NCBI GenBank assembly: GCA_902596375.1
Contig: CACJTU010000006.1
Span: 2,398 to 66,397, forward strand
DNA from: an uncultured Pelagibacteraceae bacterium
GTDB taxonomy: Bacteria; Pseudomonadota; Alphaproteobacteria; Pelagibacterales; Pelagibacteraceae
Direction of reading: 5' to 3'
DNA length: 64,000 bases
This document shows positions 58,763 through 64,000 of the stretch, piece by piece (the stretch's first letter is position 1; each line of letters begins with the position of its first letter). The notes beneath the pieces are model-generated. The model was not told the origin of the DNA, did not search any database, and saw nothing but the letters and a program-made list of their open reading frames with translations. The position numbers and the translations under genes were made by a program.

Positions 58763-61297
58763 TTATTGATTTCTTATAAGAGGATAAACTTTAGGATTTA
58801 GATATTTTAAGTTTGTTAGCAATATTAAAATTAAAGTAACAAAGCCAATTGAAAATCCTAAATAGATTAAAACTTTAAAGTCAAACATCCACACTAGCTC
58901 AAAAATATTTTCCATAATAAATTTTGAACCAATCACTGCAAAAAATATTGCAATTAAAATTACAGATTTAAAAATAATAATGAATTCAATTAACGATGAA
59001 AAAACAATTTGTTTTTTTGAAAAACCTAAAATTTTAAAGACTAAATTTTGATATTCTTTTACTTTTCCTTGAACCATAATTGCGCTTGAAATTACAATTA
59101 AACCAATAACAATAGTAACTGCTGAAATTAAAGTAACTGCAATAAATACTTTATTTAAAACAGCCGTAACTTTAGATAAATAATCTGCAATTTTTATCAT
59201 TGATAAACTTGGCATGATTTCAAGCATTTTAGTTTCATCAAATTTATTTGAATTAAATTTGGCAGTAGCCAAATATTCGTGTGGAATATTTTTTGCAAAT
59301 TGAGGATTAAATAACATTGCAAAATTGATGCTTAAATCTCGATAATCTACTTCTCTAAAATTAATGACCTTTCCTTCAATTTCACGTCCATAAATATTTA
59401 AAGTGAAAATATCACCTAACTGAATATTAAAATCTTTAGCGACTTTTGCATCTAGAGATATTTGAAGTTGATCTGGGTTTGATAAATCCCACCATTTACC
59501 TTCTAAAATTGGATTATCTTCAGGTATATTTTCCACCCATGAAGATCTTCGTTCGCTACCAATTACCCAATAACTATCATTATCTGGTTTAATATAAGTG
59601 TTAGGATCTACACCATTAATTTTAACAATTCCAGAGGATACCATTGGCACAATTTCAATAGATGCATTGGGGTCCATATTTAAAATACCTTGCTCAAATT
59701 TCTCTCTTTCTCCTTTTTGAATACCGACGAAGAAATAATCAGGTGCAATATTTGGAATAGATTTAGCTATTTCTCTTTGAAAATTTGTACCAACTAAAGC
59801 CAATGTTAATAATAAAGTAACCCCTAAGCCAAGAGACATAACTGTAATGGGAGTTATACTTTTTGTTTGGGTAATATTTTTAATTGAAACTTTTAAAGAA
59901 ATTATTGAACTAGATTTGAATTTTTTTAGGAAAAAAATGATTAATTTTGAAAGTAAGAAAAATACAATTAAACATACAAAAAAAGCAGCAAAGTAGCCCA
60001 AGCTATAAGAAGGTTGTTCAGACCCAATTGTGAATAATAAAATTAAGATAGATAACAAAACAAAGCTAAGAACAACTGATCTTTTAGAATAATAAAATTG
60101 AAGATTTTGAAATACGTTTCTAAATAAATTAGAGGCTTTTACTTGATCAATAGAACTGATTGTTGGGATAGAAAAAATTACTAGAACTAATAATCCCACT
60201 AAAAATATTTTTAAAAAATTTAGTAAAGAAAACACTGGATAAACATTCAATCCTAATCCGTCAGATAAATATTTATCTGCTATTGGTACAATTAAAAAAC
60301 TCGATCCATAAGCAACAACAGTGATAATAAATAAAAGTATAAATAACTGCAGATAATATAGTGTTTTAATATTACCTGAATAAAAGCCAACTGCTTTTCG
60401 TACAGCTATCGACATATTGTTTTGATTAATAAAGGAAAGCAAAGTATTTGCTATTCCAATACCTGCTATCAACATTGCACTGATAGATACGAGAGATAAA
60501 AATTGAGAAAAATTATTAATAATTCTCTTTATACCACTTGCAGAATTTTCAGGATATCTAAGTTTAACTTTTTGATCTTCTTTAAATATTTCTTCAATTC
60601 GTTTCTCAATTTCTTCAGGCTTATCATTGTCATTAAACTTTACTTTATATTCATAGTTTAAAAAGCTTCCAATACCGTTTAGTTTTAAAATTTCTAAAGT
60701 TTGTTTTCCTGCTAAAGCCCAATCGCCAAATGCAACAAATCCACTTACATCTGGTACTGATTTAATAATTCCAATTACTGTAAAATTTTGATCTTGAACT
60801 TTTACTGTTTCATTAATTTTTATATTAAGAGTTTTTGATAAACTTTCATTAATCAGGATAGTGTTAGGTTCTTTTTGCATTTTTTCATAAGCACCAATTG
60901 GTTCATAAACAACATTTCCGTATAAAGGATATTTTTCATCCACAGTTTTAATTCTAGTAAATAATGATTTATTTTTTTCTCTGCCAGTAGTTGAAAGCAT
61001 AGTGCTGAACTCAATCATTTTAGAAACAGTCGCAAATTCTTTTACTTGGTTAACTAGATCTAAATTTCCTTGATTACGATTGTAATCAATCTCTAAATCT
61101 CCACCCAAAAGAGCTTTGGCATTATCATTAAGTTCTTTTTTAAGACTATCTTCAATTGTGAAAATAGCACTTAAGATAAAAAGACTTATAAATAGCGTAA
61201 CAATAATACTAGAAATTTTATGATAATTTCTGCTTAAGTCTTTCAAAGCGTATTTAAATATCAAACTAAATTCTGAAGGATTATTTAATTTTTCCAT
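58763..61297 (-). CDS. FtsX/MacB-type ABC permease (YbbP-like)
   Basis: LLGGD, VD..YPLYG, duplicated FtsX domains, APDYFF..IQ. Confidence 0.88.
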   Translation of the reverse strand: MEKLNNPSEFSLIFKYALKDLSRNYHKISSIIVTLFISLFILSAIFTIEDSLKKELNDNAKALLGGDLEIDYNRNQGNLDLVNQVKEFATVSKMIEFSTMLSTTGREKNKSLFTRIKTVDEKYPLYGNVVYEPIGAYEKMQKEPNTILINESLSKTLNIKINETVKVQDQNFTVIGIIKSVPDVSGFVAFGDWALAGKQTLEILKLNGIGSFLNYEYKVKFNDNDKPEEIEKRIEEIFKEDQKVKLRYPENSASGIKRIINNFSQFLSLVSISAMLIAGIGIANTLLSFINQNNMSIAVRKAVGFYSGNIKTLYYLQLFILLFIITVVAYGSSFLIVPIADKYLSDGLGLNVYPVFSLLNFLKIFLVGLLVLVIFSIPTISSIDQVKASNLFRNVFQNLQFYYSKRSVVLSFVLLSILILLFTIGSEQPSYSLGYFAAFFVCLIVFFLLSKLIIFFLKKFKSSSIISLKVSIKNITQTKSITPITVMSLGLGVTLLLTLALVGTNFQREIAKSIPNIAPDYFFVGIQKGEREKFEQGILNMDPNASIEIVPMVSSGIVKINGVDPNTYIKPDNDSYWVIGSERRSSWVENIPEDNPILEGKWWDLSNPDQLQISLDAKVAKDFNIQLGDIFTLNIYGREIEGKVINFREVDYRDLSINFAMLFNPQFAKNIPHEYLATAKFNSNKFDETKMLEIMPSLSMIKIADYLSKVTAVLNKVFIAVTLISAVTIVIGLIVISSAIMVQGKVKEYQNLVFKILGFSKKQIVFSSLIEFIIIFKSVILIAIFFAVIGSKFIMENIFELVWMFDFKVLIYLGFSIGFVTLILILLTNLKYLNPKVYPLIRNQ

Positions 61298-61946
61298 CTT
61301 TAATTTTTATTTTTCTTTTAGCCTTGTCAGCAAGTTTAGGGTCATGAGTTACCATTATTAAAGAAGAACCTTCTTCTTTTACATATTTAAATAAAATATT
61401 TGCAATCATGATAGAATTTTCAGTATCTAAGTTTCCTGTTGGTTCATCTGCTAAGATTAGTTCTGGTTTCATCGCAATTGCTCTAGCGATAGCAACCCGT
61501 TGCTGTTCACCACCTGATAATTGACTTGGTAAATTATTAAAACGATGTTTCAAACCAAAACGATCTAATAAAATCTTTGCTTCTTTTTCTGGATTTTTAA
61601 AATTATTAAGTTCAAGTGTTAAAGCAACATTTTCAACTGCTGTGTAATTAGGAATTAAATAAAACGACTGAAATATTATTCCAATATTTTTCTTTCTTAT
61701 CTCAGATACTTCATCTTCACTAAGGCCAGTAATTTCTTGATCATTAAAAATTATTTTACCAGATGTTGGTTTTTCTAAGCCTCCAATTAACATTATTAAA
61801 CTTGTTTTCCCTGAGCCACTTTCTCCAACTACTGAAACAGTTTCTTTTTTCTTAATATTTAAATCAATATTCTTTAAAACATTGATACTATCTTTGCCAG
61901 TTTGGTATTTGAGATTTATTTTTTTTAATTTAAGAAGAGTACTCAT
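61281..61946 (-). CDS. ABC ATPase (YbbA/LolD-like)
   Basis: [25 protein letters not shown]; start moved to ATG 61946. Confidence 0.92.
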   Translation of the reverse strand: MSTLLKLKKINLKYQTGKDSINVLKNIDLNIKKKETVSVVGESGSGKTSLIMLIGGLEKPTSGKIIFNDQEITGLSEDEVSEIRKKNIGIIFQSFYLIPNYTAVENVALTLELNNFKNPEKEAKILLDRFGLKHRFNNLPSQLSGGEQQRVAIARAIAMKPELILADEPTGNLDTENSIMIANILFKYVKEEGSSLIMVTHDPKLADKAKRKIKIKDGKIK

Positions 61947-62556
61947 GAACAAAAGTTTGTTTACAAAAATTTTGATAATCTTTCTAGTGCACATAAACGC
62001 AAGTGCAATAGAAAAGGTAGTATTATTTGGTGATAGTTTGATGGCCGGTTATGGATTACCTAAAGAACAGCATTTATCAATAGTTTTAGAAAACAATCTT
62101 AAGCAAGCTGGGTTAAATATTAAAGTCATTAATGGAAGTGTTTCAGGAAGTACTTCGTCAGGTGGATTAAATAGAGCTGCTTGGAGTTTATCAGAGCCAG
62201 GCATTGATTTAATTATTTTAGGATTAGGAGCCAATGATATGCTTAGAGGAATTCAACCAGAGGAAACAGAAAAAAATTTAGAAAAAATAATAAATGTTGC
62301 CCAAAATAAAAAAATTAAAATTATTTTAGCTGGAATGATGGCACCAGATACTCATGGAGAAAAATATAAAAAAGAGTTTGATGCTATTTATCCAAAGTTA
62401 TCAAAAAAATATAATTTAGCGTTAATCCCATTTCTTCTTGAAGGTGTGGCACTTAATCCAAGTTTGAATCAACAAGACGGTATACACCCCAATAAAAATG
62501 GAACAATTAAAGTAAGTGAAACAATAAAAAAAAGTATTATTAATATAATTAATTAA
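61945..62556 (+). CDS. tesA: Arylesterase / acyl-CoA thioesterase I (GDSL/SGNH)
   Basis: GDSL, VSG.T, LGAND, DGIHPN; signal peptide from ATG 61945. Confidence 0.9.
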   Translation: MNKSLFTKILIIFLVHINASAIEKVVLFGDSLMAGYGLPKEQHLSIVLENNLKQAGLNIKVINGSVSGSTSSGGLNRAAWSLSEPGIDLIILGLGANDMLRGIQPEETEKNLEKIINVAQNKKIKIILAGMMAPDTHGEKYKKEFDAIYPKLSKKYNLALIPFLLEGVALNPSLNQQDGIHPNKNGTIKVSETIKKSIINIIN

Positions 62557-63012
62557 ATGAAAATCTTTCTATCAATATTTAGCTTATTATGTTGTTTTAG
62601 TACTGCTCAAGCTCAAAATACAAATATTACTCTAAATTCTGATTTAAACTTAAGTTGTAAATTTGAAAAAGTAATTTTAAAAAATCCAGACTATAACTTT
62701 GAGTCTTTCACAAAAGATCAAATTAAAAGAAAAGATATTAATAAGTTAATAATCGAGTCTAAAATACCAGACGTTCTAAATGTTAAAAACTTATCAGAAT
62801 TTTTTAATAAAATTGATTTAGAGGTTAAAATTTCTAATAAGGATATATTCTTAATTCAAGCATTCGATAAAGAGAGGAATTATTCTGAGTCTGCAGTCTA
62901 TACTAGAAAAACAGGCGAACTTATTCACGAAATCACAAGCAATATAAAACTAGAGGAAAAAGAAAAAGATATTTCTTTTTATAGTTGTAAAAATAACAAT
63001 AAAGACACTTAA
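62557..63012 (+). CDS. Exported hypothetical protein
   Basis: Signal peptide ending AQA; distant Cys pair. Confidence 0.65.
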   Translation: MKIFLSIFSLLCCFSTAQAQNTNITLNSDLNLSCKFEKVILKNPDYNFESFTKDQIKRKDINKLIIESKIPDVLNVKNLSEFFNKIDLEVKISNKDIFLIQAFDKERNYSESAVYTRKTGELIHEITSNIKLEEKEKDISFYSCKNNNKDT

Positions 63013-63052
63013 GACCAAAGACTCTAATTCTAATATTTGATAATATCCCAAT

Positions 63053-63601
63053 ATGAAGAAGTTATTCTTAGTAATTTTGTTTTATTTATTTTCACAAGTT
63101 AGTTCTTTAGCAAACGAAAGAGATACTAGACTGAACCAATTATTTAATGAGTTAAAAGCAAATAAATCAAAAGTAGCTTTTATAATTGAACAAGAAATTT
63201 GGGCCTTGTGGAGCACTCATCCAACAGATGAAAAACTTACTGCAAGATTAGAGGAGGGTTCTCAATTTGTGAGAGATCAAAACTATATAAAAGCAAAAGA
63301 TATTTTTACTGAGGTTATTAATCTAGATCAAAGTTGGGCTGAAGCTTGGAATAAAAGAGCAACTGTACTTTATATGCTAGGAGAATTTGAAAAATCTCAA
63401 AATGATATAGATCAAGTATTAGCCTTAGAACAAAGACACTTTGGAGCTTTAGCAGGGCAGGGTTTAGTAAATATTCAGCTAAAGAACTATGAAAAAGCAA
63501 TAAGAAGTTATGAGCGAGCTCAAGAAATTTACCCTGCTATGAGATCACCAAAAATAATGATTAAGCAAATAGAAGAATTAATGAAACAACAAACAATATA
63601 A
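63053..63601 (+). CDS. Exported TPR protein
   Basis: AEAWNKRAT, HFGAL.G.G TPR motifs. Confidence 0.85.
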   Translation: MKKLFLVILFYLFSQVSSLANERDTRLNQLFNELKANKSKVAFIIEQEIWALWSTHPTDEKLTARLEEGSQFVRDQNYIKAKDIFTEVINLDQSWAEAWNKRATVLYMLGEFEKSQNDIDQVLALEQRHFGALAGQGLVNIQLKNYEKAIRSYERAQEIYPAMRSPKIMIKQIEELMKQQTI

Positions 63602-64000
63602 TGTGTGGAAGATACGTAGTAAAAAACCCCGTAACAAAAACAAATAAATTAGTAAAATCTGCAATTCAGGTTGAAGATACTGAAAACTATAACGCTCATC
63701 CTTATCAAAAACTGCCTGTAATAAAAAAATATAAAAATGGGAATACTTTAGAAAATCTAAAATGGGGTTTAGTTCCAGGATGGGCTAAAGACAAAGATTA
63801 TAAAGCTTTGATTAATGCAAGACTTGAGACCATTGATGAAAAGGTTTCATTTAAAAAATTGATAAAAAACAACCGATGTGTTGCAGTTGCAGATGGTTTT
63901 TATGAGTGGAAAAGAGAAGAAAAAGAAAAAACTCCTCATTATTTTACCCGTGAAGATACTAATCCCATTTATTTTGCTGGCATCTTTGAAAATGATCAGT
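63601..64000 (+). CDS. SRAP/HMCES (YedK) abasic-site processing protein, partial
   Basis: Starts MCGRY; WGLVP.W, INARLET, DGFYEW; runs off the window. Confidence 0.9.
   Translation, partial: MCGRYVVKNPVTKTNKLVKSAIQVEDTENYNAHPYQKLPVIKKYKNGNTLENLKWGLVPGWAKDKDYKALINARLETIDEKVSFKKLIKNNRCVAVADGFYEWKREEKEKTPHYFTREDTNPIYFAGIFENDQ

Noticed and set aside
439-63500. Many short antisense or alternative-frame ORFs in the track (for example 897-1169, 4331-4762, 10840-11160, 22135-22449, 30050-30397, 40216-40518, 52899-53108)
   Set aside because: Shadows of confident genes with no recognisable motifs.

Overview
Very AT-rich, tightly packed alphaproteobacterial DNA with the hallmarks of a SAR11/Pelagibacter-type genome (tiny intergenic spacers, TPP riboswitch-thiV, aceA divergent from a RamB/ScfR-type regulator, SAR11-like glucose ABC cluster). 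The taxon is inferred from gene content, not from a search. The left end is a molybdopterin operon (moaA-moaC-moaD-moaE) running into a probable msrP start. About 2.3-48.3 kb is a large cyclitol/sugar/sugar-acid catabolic region. It holds three sugar ABC systems, a TRAP and a TTT transporter, iolG/iolE/iolD with no iolB or iolC, four further Gfo/Idh/MocA enzymes, three SDRs, three D-2-hydroxyacid dehydrogenases and three Fe(II)/2OG oxygenases. It also holds an HpcH aldolase, an ALDH, divergent PanB-, PanE- and PdxA-like enzymes, a Sel1 + di-heme MauG/bCcP-family module, and a C11orf54/DUF1907 homologue. The right end is more core-like: thiV, yadGH-like ABC, aceA/ramB, TauE, a minimal malonyl-CoA-decarboxylase-like protein, SOUL, beta-CA, ybbP/ybbA/tesA, a TPR protein and a partial SRAP gene. 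The best candidates for novelty are (1) a non-canonical inositol/sugar-acid pathway involving the C11orf54-like enzyme, (2) the TRAP-Sel1-di-heme enzyme module, (3) a variant TPP riboswitch, and (4) an interleaved set of extremely Lys-rich enzymes. No rRNA, tRNA, CRISPR array or mobile element was seen.
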